In this document: positions 44,125-56,600 of the stretch, piece after piece
How the letters are laid out: the number at the start of each line of letters is the position of its first letter
Numbering within the stretch: position 1 is the first letter of the stretch
The notes under the pieces: model-generated
The model's input: only the letters and a program-made list of their open reading frames with translations
Database searches by the model: none
Told to the model about the DNA's origin: nothing
Program-made: the position numbers and the translations under genes
IMG/VR virus record: IMGVR_UViG_3300037483_000947
Length of the DNA stretch: 64,000 bases
DNA from: a virus
Reading direction: 5' to 3' (one strand)

Positions 44125-44606
44125 TATTCGTTAAAAAACCTGTTTTTAATCCTCAGCGCCCTGGTTGCATCATAAACCGTGTTAAACATATCCCAGAAAA
44201 GGCCATCGGGGTAAGGGATAAATACCAGCACTTCTATGCTTTCCGTTGGGCCTAAAACCGCCGTGTAATAAACTGTATCATTTTGCGGAAGTGTCGTATC
44301 TATGCTCAGTTTCTTGAACCCTATCGCCGTGTAAGTGCTGTCCTTCGGTGGTTTATCAAACTTTGATACATGGTACACCCTCGCGCTGTCGGTGAGTGTG
44401 CTGTCCGGATTCCATACAGTAGCCCTGCACCATTTGTAAGAACCCCGCAGTGAACCCAGAAAAACATTAAAAGTGCTGTCCCCCTCCGTTAAATATTTCT
44501 CATAAGTGCCCCCCTGCTGCGCAAACGCTTCTGCGGCCATATACACTTCCACAGCCAGTAAAAGCATTAATATTAAAATTATTTTTCGCATTTTTTTCTC
44601 CTTCAA
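44124..44606 (-). CDS. secreted hypothetical protein
   Basis: MRKIILILMLLLAVEVYMAAEAFAQQ signal-like N-terminus. Confidence 0.5.
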   Translation of the reverse strand: MKEKKMRKIILILMLLLAVEVYMAAEAFAQQGGTYEKYLTEGDSTFNVFLGSLRGSYKWCRATVWNPDSTLTDSARVYHVSKFDKPPKDSTYTAIGFKKLSIDTTLPQNDTVYYTAVLGPTESIEVLVFIPYPDGLFWDMFNTVYDATRALRIKNRFFNE

Positions 44607-44646
44607 GAATTATATAAACTTACAATAACTTATCTCAAAAAACTTG

Positions 44647-44656
44647 TTTTGGAACC
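44647..44656 (-). promoter_or_regulatory. recurrent intergenic motif (GGTTCCAAAA variant)
   Basis: Copy between the giant-gene stop (44680) and the next start (44606). ACAATAACT lies nearby, as in the 6691 copy. Confidence 0.35.
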
Positions 44657-44679
44657 AACTCCCCGGAACTGCATGGCAT

Positions 44680-47600
44680 TTACTTAATCTTCTTCACCTT
44701 ATTCCAGGCATCCAGTGCCGCTTGTCTCTGAATTTTACGCTCTTCTTTGGTTATTTTCTTATCCCTGAATTGGCGCTCTATAACCGATTGCCGGTTGCTC
44801 AGTAATTCCAGAACCCGCATTTTATCAATTTTAAGGTCTTTTTCTTCCTGGTCTGATACCTTATACTGATAGAATTTCCCATCAATCTGCTTCAACCCGG
44901 ATTCCTCGAATACTTTGTTTATTTCGTATACTTTCTCCCGGAGTCCTATATATTTATCAAATTTTGAATATAAATCCAATGCTTCCTTTTGATGTTTCTC
45001 AGGAACCCCCCGCTTCTCACTCATTGTCTTTAGTAAATCCCTGTTTTCTTTAATTATACCATTATCATCTTCCTTTATACCCTCCTCAATGTCACGCTTA
45101 ATACTCTTGAATAGCTTACTGAAATCAAACTTTTTAATCACATTCTGTTTAACCTCCTCTATCCCAATCTGCTCAGGCACAAACCGCTCCTGAACCAGTA
45201 CATCTAAATCAATCTTTAAACTGTTTATTTCCTCCGCCAAACGCTCTTTTTCAGGATTCCCTTCTTTCAGTTCATTCTGTTTCCGCTGTAACTCCCTGAT
45301 ATACTTATCCAGCAGCATTCCCTCGAAACTTGTAGGAGTCTTTTCTTTCTCGTAGTCCTCAACCTCTTTTTTGAGTTTTCCAATTTCCTCATCAATTTCA
45401 GCCGATTTTTCTAACCGCTTCTCCTTTGTTAAACTGTCATCCCTCAGCGTTGCAGCTTTCTTTTGGTATAAATCACTTAATTTCCCGTTCCGCTTCTTGA
45501 TCTGATCATCTATGTTCTTTATCTGACTAACCGGATTAACCTTTAACCCAAAAATAGCGCTGGTTACAGCAGGCTCAATATCGAATACCCTCCCGTAATA
45601 ATCAGGCCGTTTTGTAATAGCGCTTCTCAATTTATCATATACATACCCGCCCCGGGTCATTCCCGGTATTTCAGGATACCAGGAGGGCATCCACATCTTA
45701 TAAATGTAGTCCATTGCTTTTAAATACTTCTCCCCGGGCTTATCCGCATCATTCCAGATGGTATGTCTGGTATAACGGTTGTAATTGGTTGCTATCTCGG
45801 CAGAGGTAGTGAAAACAGGATTCATCATTATATTGCCCAGCGTTTCAACTAAAAACGCGCCTGTAGGTGATTCCCCTGTTGTAGCAAGTGAATATCCCGA
45901 TATTGCGAGCTGGTAAATATCATTGTAAGGCATTATAAAGGTTAAATCCAGTAGCTGTATCTGTCCATCCCTGTCACGCCATGGTATCAGCATCCATTGC
46001 CCCAGCTTCATCCTGTCCGGTAAATCACGCTTTATATCCTCCCATTCATCATCTGTCATTCCCAGCGCCGCCAAAGCATACTGTGTAATAGCATAAAACA
46101 TCACAGGATACTTCCAGAAGCCTATAGGACGCGTTATAGAAGCCTCTATCATGCGCGGTATCGTTTTCCATGTCCATGTCACAAACGGCATACCGAAGAT
46201 GCTCTCACGGAAGCGCAGAAGCCATCTGGGAATATCATTGTAATCATACATCACCTTATTAGCCATTTTTATAGCATCTGAATCACTCTGCCCCTTCTCC
46301 TTTGAATGGAGAAATAATATCGTCTTAAACAGCACTTCATTACCCTGATACAGCCATCTTGCACCCTTGCCGACTCGCGTATCCACCAGCGTTGCTAATC
46401 CCAGCATTTTCAGAAACTTTCCGGTTCTGCTTAGATTTTTGAAGCCATCCCACCCGCCGGTCTCTCTATTGGCATATTCCTCGAAAATATCCAGAAACTT
46501 CTCTAATTCACCGGCTACATACGTCGAACCCCTTAAAAAATCCAGCTGTGCTGCATACTTGCCCTTACCCCGCATTTCCCTTATTGCCTCCGGTAAAAAC
46601 CGCATCTGGTCAAATATCGTTGTTCCATACATATCACACATTATAACCGCTGTGTAAAAGTTTCTGAACGCAGTAGGCGGATTCATCGGCACCTTCACCT
46701 GTTTCCACATCTGAGTTATCTGTTTCAGGAATTTCTCACTGTAATCCTGGCTACTCATTTCTGCAATCTCATCAAGATGTTTCCATACCTCCGGCTCTAC
46801 CCACATGCCTTTTAGCTTACCCAGCTTCTTATTATTCTTATCCACCGCTGTCCACCCCTCCACAGCGCTCTCAGAAGCCCATGCAGGGTTCTCTGCCACC
46901 GCCTCAAAGAACCTGCCTATTGAAATATCCTTGCCTTCAAGCAGAATTGATTTTGCCACCGGATATGCAGCCGTCAAAATCTCGCCCATTCTTACCCGCA
47001 CCCGAACCGGTATATCAGTCCTGTACATAGCAGATGTTAAATCCAGTCTTGTAGGCTTTATATATCCGTATTTTCTCAGCGTTCTCTCCTGCTCCTTGGT
47101 CAAATATACCCGCTTGAAATACCCCTCCTGCCCCTTTTTAAATGAATTTTTAACCTTCCTGTCCCTGATATCAATCTCATCCACCAGTTTCTTAACCTTT
47201 TGCTCAAACTTCGTTCTCGGCCTGAACTTTGGGTTTGCCCTGATTTCATCTACCAGAGGGTCAATTTCCTCTTCATTTTTGCCTTCTGCCTTTTTACTTT
47301 TGCCTATCAATCCCTGTAGTTCCGCCTCAAACTGCGCCTTTTCCGTTAATAGTTCATGGATTCTCTTTCTGGGAAGTTTGGTATTGTATGTTTCAACCGG
47401 CAGGACTTCGTACATCTCACCCAGTTTTTTCAGTTCTATTGTGAGCTTCTTTACCCGCTCAGCCCTTTGATTCAGGTCTTTCAGGTCTATACGAATAGAT
47501 GATTTCAGCCCGTTCTGCTCGTTAGGCTCGATGGTCAAATAACTACCCTGATTAACTCCGCCCCTTATTAACTGCTCCAATTTCCGCTGCTCAACAAATA

Positions 47601-50600
47601 AATACTTCTCTTTTGCCGCTATGTTACGGTAATACAGTGAATCACCTATTTCTTTAGCGAGCTGTTTATATCTTTGCACCCCAGCGTTCATCTCACTCCA
47701 TAATTCCTTGAAAGCCTCCTTATCGGGAATTGTGCCGAACTGGTCAGTCAGTTTCCGTATCAGTGCTATCTTATCAATGGATTTCTCGATTTTCCGCCGC
47801 ACGGGACCGCCTACAAACTTCTCGAAGAAATTATCCATCCCGCTTAACCCTATTCCCGCAGCCTTCAGAAGTTCATTAACCGTGCCTTCTCCTTTTTCAC
47901 TTTTCACTTCTGCGGTCTTTGCGCCCTTGCGTGAAAACACCTCTTCTGTTCTTTTCTCAAATTCTACAGCCTTTTCCTTTTCCTCTTTCTCCGCATCAGC
48001 CAGTTTTTTCACTGAAGCATTGTATAACTTCTCAGCCTGCTCATCACTCAGTACAAACGGTTTTTTGGTTGAATTACTGAATAATCCGTTAACAATAGTC
48101 TTAAACTCGGTTTTTGGAGTTGATTCAGGTCCTCCGGCTCTGTCTTTTCTGCCCTCGGTCTCAATCCTGCCTTCTCTGCTTAATACCGGATTATCCCTTA
48201 TAACCTTAGCTCCTATTTTCACCAGTTTATCAATGTTCTTATCAAACATCTTATCCGAAATAGTAAGGTTCTTCCGCACATTGAACCCCTCCGGCGGCGG
48301 AGGCACTCCATCCTTCTGAAACAGTATATTCGGATTCCCCGCGTCAAACGTGCCCCTGTTCCCCGTAGCAGATTTAATTTGGGTGGGATGAAATGCTATA
48401 TAACTATCCTCAGCATTATTTTTTATAAACTCCTGATATTGTTTTTCGGCAATATTCCTCTCTTTTGAGGGCAAGTTCATATTCATCCGCTTTTCATTAA
48501 GAACATCGCTACCGGAAACCTCACCAGTATTTTTATAAACCATGCCATCAAACCCTTTACTTTCAATAAGTTCTCTTAAATTTTTAGTCCATTGCCCTGC
48601 ATTTTGGGAACGTGCATATTTTAATTCAGTTTCTGTGAATAATCCCGTTTCTTTTAATCCCCAAGCTACATTATCTCCATCAAACCAACCAACATCTTCT
48701 ATTCTTAATGGTTTATTTATCTTTAAATATACCGGAAATATTCTTTGGTTAGTTTTACCTTCAACTCTGTTGTTCATATAAGCATATCTATCATTTGCTT
48801 GCCCCATAGTGCCAAAATGAATGCCAATATCATTCATTCGCCTTTTAAATCTATTAAAATCTACCGTAGCGGAAGTATAATGATACACCACCAGCGGTTT
48901 CCCTTCCGCATCCACCACTTTACTTACCTCTGTGCTCTCTGTGGCATCCTTCTTCTCCCAGTCCCCAAACCACTTCTTAAACTCCGGTGTATATATCTGC
49001 CTGCTTCTCTGCTCCTCTGTGGTTAGTTTAGCTTTCTGAAACATCGCCTGACCCTTATACAGCACATCCGCCTTCATCTCCGGCGTTATTGTAAGTGAGT
49101 GGATAGGCTTATATTCATCTGTATTGATATCCGGATGATTCTCTTTCATCCATTTTGTGAAAGTACCCTGAAAATTAGAATCTCTGTAATCGTCTTGATA
49201 CGTTTGATGATATTTATTAAACATATCATCGGACATCTCCTTTGTTTTTACCTCTCCATCTTCAACCTTTCCTCCCCATTTTTTCACATATTTATTCACA
49301 AAGTTCGGAAGCATTTCATCATAAAATACTTGCATCCCTTCACCGCCAATCGCCAGATTCTCACCTTCAAATACACCGTCAATCTCATCTTTTGCTATAT
49401 CTTCCCTGATTTGTTTCGCTATCCGTTTACCAACAACATCTTCTAGGTCAACCGTTTTACCTGCTATATGGGTAGTCCCTTCAAGTGGTATTATTTCATC
49501 GAAACTCTTAACCCCCTTCTTCTGACCCTGCACATTAACCTTATCGTCAGCATTTTTAAACCAAATAAGTTTATCAATATTCTGCCTCAATGCTTCATTA
49601 TAGCGGTCAATCTGGTCTTTCCCTAATGTCCATCCCACAGCATCATACCCTTCCTCCGCCGCTTTACGGATGAGGTTCTTCAGTACAAACTCATGCCACG
49701 TCTTTTTCATCGGCGCATTAGGAACACGTTCAGCCCCTATTTTACTTCTTACCCATAATCTAAATTCTGCACGAGTGTGATTTTCAACAGGCCATAAATA
49801 TTCAGTGCCATCAACAAATGCTTGGTAAAACTTGTCTCCTGTTTTTTCGACAATATCTATTGTAAATTTATCTTCTGCAGGTAATCCGTATCCGGCTTTC
49901 CGCCCCGTTTGGTGCAACTGGCTTTGCACCTCCTCAATAAATAACATTTTTTTACCATCAGTTAAAATTCTGTCATTCCCTCTGCCATGTGCAATTATTC
50001 CCTTTTCATGGTAGTGAGGCTCTTCATACTCAATTTCCGCCACCTTAAACAACCACTCCCTGTAATTCTCACCCCCCGGCAACTGCCATTGTGAGAATTT
50101 GGTTTCTTGATTTGGAGTAGTCTTTAACTCATCAATTTGGTCACGTAACGAATCTCTTATATCCCTTAATTCTTCCTCCTTTTCAAAATCTTTATCAGAC
50201 CTTTTATTTTTAGGAGAATTTACCCAATGATTCACATCGCTAGCCGCTTTTTCCCACTGTTTTTCTAGTCCAGCAAGATTATTTTCCCCCAGCACCTTCT
50301 CTTCCACTACCAGCTTATTATTCGCAATAAACTCCATCAGCTCATTCTTTGCGACCTTTGCGTCTTTGCGTGAACCCATCCACTCTTCCAGTCCCATCCA
50401 CTTTATCTCATCCTCTTTCACGCCGTTATTACGCAGTGTTTTCAGCACTTGCTCCGGCGATGAGTTATTACTTACCTTATCACCAGCAACCCGCTCCAAC
50501 TGACTGTAAAACGGCTCCGCAAATTGGCCCCTTGAAAAGGGGACACCCTGAGCGTAGTCGAAGGGTCTCAGATTTAGGCTTCTTCCCGCATTTATCGCAT

Positions 50601-53600
50601 TCATCATTAACTTTTCATCAGCAGTTATCCCGGTTCCTTCAACTATGTCCCGCGCCGCCATTTTAGTGAACTCACCCAGCGTCATCCTCCGCACAGGCTT
50701 CGCAGGGGTCCCAAATATACCGTTAAACCATTCCTGAATATAATTCCACAGCTCTCTCAGCCAACTTTGTTTCTTTGCATATAACTTATCCTCTGTCTCA
50801 ATCATCCCGCTTATGATATCAGCGCCGTCATAACCTATCAAATGAGCCAATCCCTCATTCAGTGCTTTTTCGCTGTAATCACCGTATAATGGTTTTCCAA
50901 ACTCCTGTTCAGGGTATTTAATCAAAATTTGCTCCATCATAGCTTCATCTTCGCTCATCAGTTTTAACCCCGCTTTGTAAAAACCAACGTGCTCTGATTT
51001 AATCCACCCCAGCCAGCCGTGCCCGAACTCATGCACAGGCGTATCTTCTGTTGCCTTATCCGCATTCAAGTGAGCAATCTTTGTATCCATATCAAAGAAA
51101 CCTCTGGGTGAATCATCCTCGGTAATTGATTTATACCCCTTTTTATTCAGCACCTTCACAATTTCAGCATTTTCATTTACCTGCCATTTTACACCCTTGT
51201 CCTTCATATTTCTGTTAATTCGCTTTGAAACAGCATGTAAATAATCAGCGCCGACACGCTTGTAGTTTATTCCCCTGTCGGTTTGAGCAAACAACTTCAT
51301 CTGGTCATCACCAAACTCCGGTTCAGCCGGTTTAACCCCTGCCAATTCCTGCTGCACATTATAAATTTCACGCCTAACCTCACTTAACCGCCTTGACACA
51401 TTATCATACTCACTCATTTCATCCATCTTCCATTCAGCCGTCTCAAGCCTCTTCTGGAGGCGGATTTCCTCCTCCTGCAATGCTTTCAGATAAACATTCC
51501 TGTTTGTGGTAAACTCTTCTTTTTGCTGAAGAATATTAGGATTTGTAGGTGAGAAAATGCCTTTGTTTCCCGTAGCAGATTTGATTTGTGTCGGCTCAAA
51601 TGTGATATAAGATTTATTTGAACCTGTAAGCCCTTTAATTCGTTCAAGTTGCACAATTCCATCGAAGCCAGCGTTTTTAATATTTGTTACTAAAAACATA
51701 CCTGAACGATTGAGATAAAACCATGGTTCATCAGGCGAATCAGAAAGTAAAGCCTCTTCCTGAGCTTCGTTTAATTTTATATTTTTACTCTTTAAATAAT
51801 TAATAAATTTTTTTGCTGATATTTTCTTGATACCCAAATCAGTTATATCTAAAGGATTTTTGATGTTTAAATAAACAGGAAGAAGTTGTGGTTTTTGCCC
51901 CCATTCAGGTAATCCGGCAAAAAGTGTTGCATAATCAGCAGAACTAAAGTAATTCAATCCTTTTTTAAATATATCATTATAAAAATCTCCTGTCCCATGA
52001 TACACCACCAGCGGTTTCCCTTCCGCATCCACTACCTTACTTGCGTTTTCAGGGTCATTCTGCCAATCACCAAACCAATCCTTAAAATTCTTTGTGTGAA
52101 TCTGCTTCCGGCTTTTTTCAATATCCTTCTGCATCATAATATTGCCTTCGGGTCCCAATCCCTCAACATCCGTAGCAATACCGCCTGTTTCAATATCCTC
52201 GCCTTTCTGAATAGCATACAGCGTTCTCAGCTTCCGGTTCAGTATATCCTTTCTCTTCGTATCAACTATCGAATCACTGAAATATATCAAATGCACTTCA
52301 CCCGGTGACTTAGTGTTCCTCCTCGAAAACCGACCCTTTAACTGGTCAAATACATCACCGGCATAGTCAGGTGAAGCCACATATACACTTCTGGGAGCAT
52401 CACCAACCACATCATCCAGATTAATCCCAATACCCCCTGTTTTAGTGGTCATTACCAAAACTTTTATATCACCCGCCTGAAAATCATCAATTCCTTCCAT
52501 CGTTCTCTTTTCCTTGCTCCCGTAAGCCCTGCCGAATTTTATACCCGCCTCGGTAAGTTTCCTCTCAATTATCGGGATAAATGCTTCAACATTACCGCCT
52601 ATCGAACTCAATACACTCTCACTGTAGAAACTGCCGACTATCACAACCTGTTTCCCCGCTTCCAAATCCTTCACCGTTTGCTGGAAAACATACTCCGCTT
52701 TCAATGGCTCGGTTAAATGCCACAGCTCATCCTTCCGCTTTGAACCGTAAGCCATCATAATACCCTTACCCTCTTCACGCGAAATCCTGCCGTATTTTAC
52801 CTGCTTCTTTATCCAATCAATTTTCTGCTGGTAAAACTCATCAATCATTGTTTGTTTGGTCAGTGTATCAGCATCCAGTCCAAGATTCTTTTCCTTGATC
52901 TCACCATAAAACGGATACTCACGCCTTATCATAGCGCCGTTCTTTATGGCCTCATTTCTCAGCTTCAGCACATTGTCAACAACCATATCCGGAGTTATAC
53001 CCGGTTTCATAGCTGACACATACCGCGTTCTGGCTCCAAAAAAATCTTTTTGTTCAACTATATTGAAACCCAGTTCATTAGTTATTTCATGCAGGGGTCT
53101 GTCGGTTATATCAGCAAGGTAGTAAGCTGCCTGTGTAACCTGATCCATCGGAGTAGCAGTAGCATACAGGTATCTCTCAGTTTTAACTTTTCTCGCTGCA
53201 TCACTCTTACCGGAGTCAATATTTTTCAGGTTATGCGATTCATCAAATATTGCAAGAGCATACTGTCCTGTGCCTATTTTTTTATCCCGGAGTTCGGTAT
53301 AACTTCCTACCTCGAAATCGGATAAAGCAATATTAGTGCGCCTTGCCTCCGGCACAAAACTCTCTTTTATAACTCTTGTGGATTCTGTTACGATCAGTAT
53401 TTTCCCGCCGGTCTGCTTTTTCACCTGGTCAGCTATAACAAGCTCTTCACGGGTTTTACCTACTCCCGTGCCGTCGGCTAATAGAAATGCTTTTTTGAGA
53501 TATGTGAGAAATCTTTGAAGTGCTAAATTGATTCCGTAGCGCTGATGCTCGTCAACATCATATTTACCCTTTACAACATGTTCCTTCGTAATTTCGGGTA

Positions 53601-56600
53601 GATTTTCCGTGTTTGCATAACGGAGTGGAGGTCGCCCTCTTCCGCCCTCTCCTCTATCTGCTGGAGAAACGGCTGGTCTGCCAGAAACTCGTTCTCCTTC
53701 AGAGGCGGGAAGCCCCCCTTCAGTTTGTCCAGTTCTTCCTTCGTAGGTGGAGAGAATGTATCCTTCACGGAACTTTTCGGGGTCGAATTTTTCAATGAGT
53801 TTTTCATCGTCTAAACTGTTTAACACCGGCAGACTTACATCTGTTCCGGCTTTGAAGTTTTTATATGAGTGTTTTAAATACGGCAGAAGCTGAGGCAATC
53901 CGTCGTCAATAAGCCTCTCTGCTACCTGCTGTATTCTGAAATTACCTAGCTTAATATAATTAAATGTCAGATGATCCGCAAGTATCTGTAAGTTTTCAGG
54001 CTCAATACCCTCGGTTTCATCCTTCTGGAAGAGGATATTCGGGTTACTCGCATCAAATGTTCCCACGTTCCCCGTAGCAGATTTAATCTGCGTCGGCTCA
54101 AGGGCTATATAAATATTTCCAACGTTTTCGGTATTGTATAATATAAGTCCATCATTATTATTTTTTATGGCTTCTTCAATATCGGCAGCTATATCAGGAA
54201 CAGCATAATACTCCTTATCATAATCTTTAACGAAAGGTCTTTTTATCTTTAAATAAACAGGCATAATATTAGGAGAACCTACACTTTTAGAATATAAAGA
54301 AGCTATTTCTGGGTCATCCGTAAAGAAGAATTGTAATTTATTTTTATCAAATTCTGTAAAATTTTTCCCTGTCCCATGATACACCACCAGCGGTTTCCCG
54401 TTCTCATCCACAACTTTACTGTCCCCAAACCACTTCTTAAATGGAGAGGATTCAGTTAGTTCCTTTTGGAACATCACGTTCCCTTCAGTGCCTTTATCAC
54501 CAATTCCACTTTTCCTGATCGCCTCCTGCTTCAACCTGTCAATTTCATCCAGCACCTTCTGCTTCTCATCATCTGTTTCCGCAAACTGAACTTTTTTCGG
54601 CTCCACAGTTGGACCGCCGAATAATCCTATTTCACTCTCACCTGCCTGCTTATATTTGCCCTCCTGCTTCTGCAGTTCATCACGTTCCTGCTCAATAGCA
54701 ATAATCTCATTCCTCACAGGCTCCAGAACCCTGTTTATATCCTCATTAGTGTAGCCTTTCTCTTTTTGCTTACCTACAAGTTCATTTCTCCGTGATTTTA
54801 ATTCCGCTTCCTTTTCTTTCAGCTCCGCAGCCAATTGATTCAATCTGCGCTTGTATTCACGCTCTGCGGTTGTGAGTTCTGCTGTCTGGGGAAGATTCAG
54901 TGGTTTGGTCCTGTCATACTCAGGATTCTCAACAATGTCAGTAATTTTATCAATAAACCCTGATTTCAGTTTAAACTTCTGGTAGTTCTTCTCATCCATC
55001 AGATAATCAAACATCTCATTTTCATGTGAATCCGTGATTTTCCTGCTTATTCTCTGCCTCACAGCGCCTACCCAGCTCGCAACTGTGCCCAGCCGTTCCT
55101 GTGTATCCTTATCCTCTGCCTTTGCCATTGCTACCAATGACTGAAATGTTTTGCCCTTTGGATTCAGGTATGAAAGTTCGATTATGTAGGTAGCATTGTT
55201 GCCGTATAAATCCTTCGCCTTCTGCCTGATTTCAGTAGTGCTTTCAATACCTTCTCTGATTTTCCTGAAATACAAAGCATTATCGGTTACTTTCTGCACC
55301 GCCCCTTGGTTTGATTCCTGTGCTATCTTTTTTGCCTGTTCAAATGTAACACCGTCTGTTTCCCTGATGAACTGTGTAGGAATTGTCTTAAAATCATCAT
55401 TAGCCTTGGCAAGTGACTCAAACGCTGCTAACCGGCTGTGTCCCGCCAACAGTTCAAATGTGCCATTTTTACGCTCATAAACCAGAATAGGAGGCATGGA
55501 TGAACGCACAAACTTACCTTCCTTCTCTTCATTCAATATCCGGTTATAAGTCTGCTCGCTGTATTCCTCACCCTGCCTGCCCTGATAATTCTTCAAGTCC
55601 TTTGTTATCGCACTCAACTCGACCTCACCAAATGCTTCAGTCTTTTTCACTTTTTCACCTTGTGAGACACTTTTCTTCTCTTTTACCGTAGTCTCTTTAA
55701 TTTCCTCACTTTTTTCCGTCTCACCTTTCAGTTCAGGATAATCTTTCAGTATATTCTCTGGCACAGTTTTGCCCTCTTTTTGTGCCTTCTTAATCAGTAC
55801 TATTTGTTCACTTCCAGCAAACTCGCTATCCCACGGAATTTTACTCTCTTTATCAGCCTTCTCAAACTCTGCTTTTGTCATTGAAACAGCGTAATCCATC
55901 CGGGTCTTTTCAGGTTCTATCTCTTTTTGCTTTTTTACTTTTGCTTTTTTACTTTCTTCCCTTACTTCCCCAATATCTTCCTTACCATGTTGAATTTGTG
56001 TTTGTTGCTCAGTTTCGGCAGGTTTGGGTTTTTCTTCCTCTTCCAGTTGTAGATTCTTGCCGCTTTTCTCTTCGCCAGGTTCAACGGTAGTCCCTCCTCG
56101 TGGAATTTGTTCCTCATTCCCTCGTATTGTTTCGGCATTTTGCACCTCCTTTTTTAATTCGCTATCTGCGATTTTTCTAAAATCAGTTGCGTCTTTACTG
56201 TTTAAATCATCAACTTCTTTTACCCAGTCTTTCCCTTTATTAACTTGAATTTCATTGTAAATCTCATTCATGCCGTCAACCTTATCAACCTTCCATCCTT
56301 CACCGGTATCAATCAAACTTATTACAGTTGGGTTATCCGTTCCTTCATTTTTGGCTTCAAAATCCTTGAATTGTGCCTCTGGAGTTTTACCTTTATAAAA
56401 ACCTTTGCGGGACCGGGGAAGAATCTCATCTCTGAATTGTTCTAAAGTAGGTTTAACAATAATCTGCTTATTCCCGATTTCCTGCCCGCCTTCTTTATTC
56501 CGCCTCCATACAGCTTTTATGCCCCTTCTTTCCTGTTTAGGAGTAATTTCCGCACCCTCTGTGGTAGGTTTTTCCTCCGCGCCTTCGCGTTCTTTGCGTG

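Noticed and set aside
46805-47470. Long plus-strand ORFs inside the giant gene (46805-47470, 47708-48319, 56405-57013, 57623-58150 and others).
   Set aside because: They are S/F/L/P-rich and low-complexity, and they lie antisense to a K/E-rich coding frame. They carry no motifs. The minus-strand frame carries unmistakable helicase, ParB and ART motifs, so these are shadow ORFs.
53571-53807. 78-aa same-strand alternative-frame ORF inside the giant gene. Also 57630-57839 and 58887-59138 in neighbouring genes.
   Set aside because: They are short, motif-free and nested in strongly supported frames. Unlike the intein case, nothing in them looks like a real protein.
48312-54450. Repeated ART modules considered as template and variable repeats of a diversity-generating retroelement.
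   Set aside because: No reverse transcriptase gene is in the window. Differences between the copies are not adenine-specific, and the copies are full protein domains.
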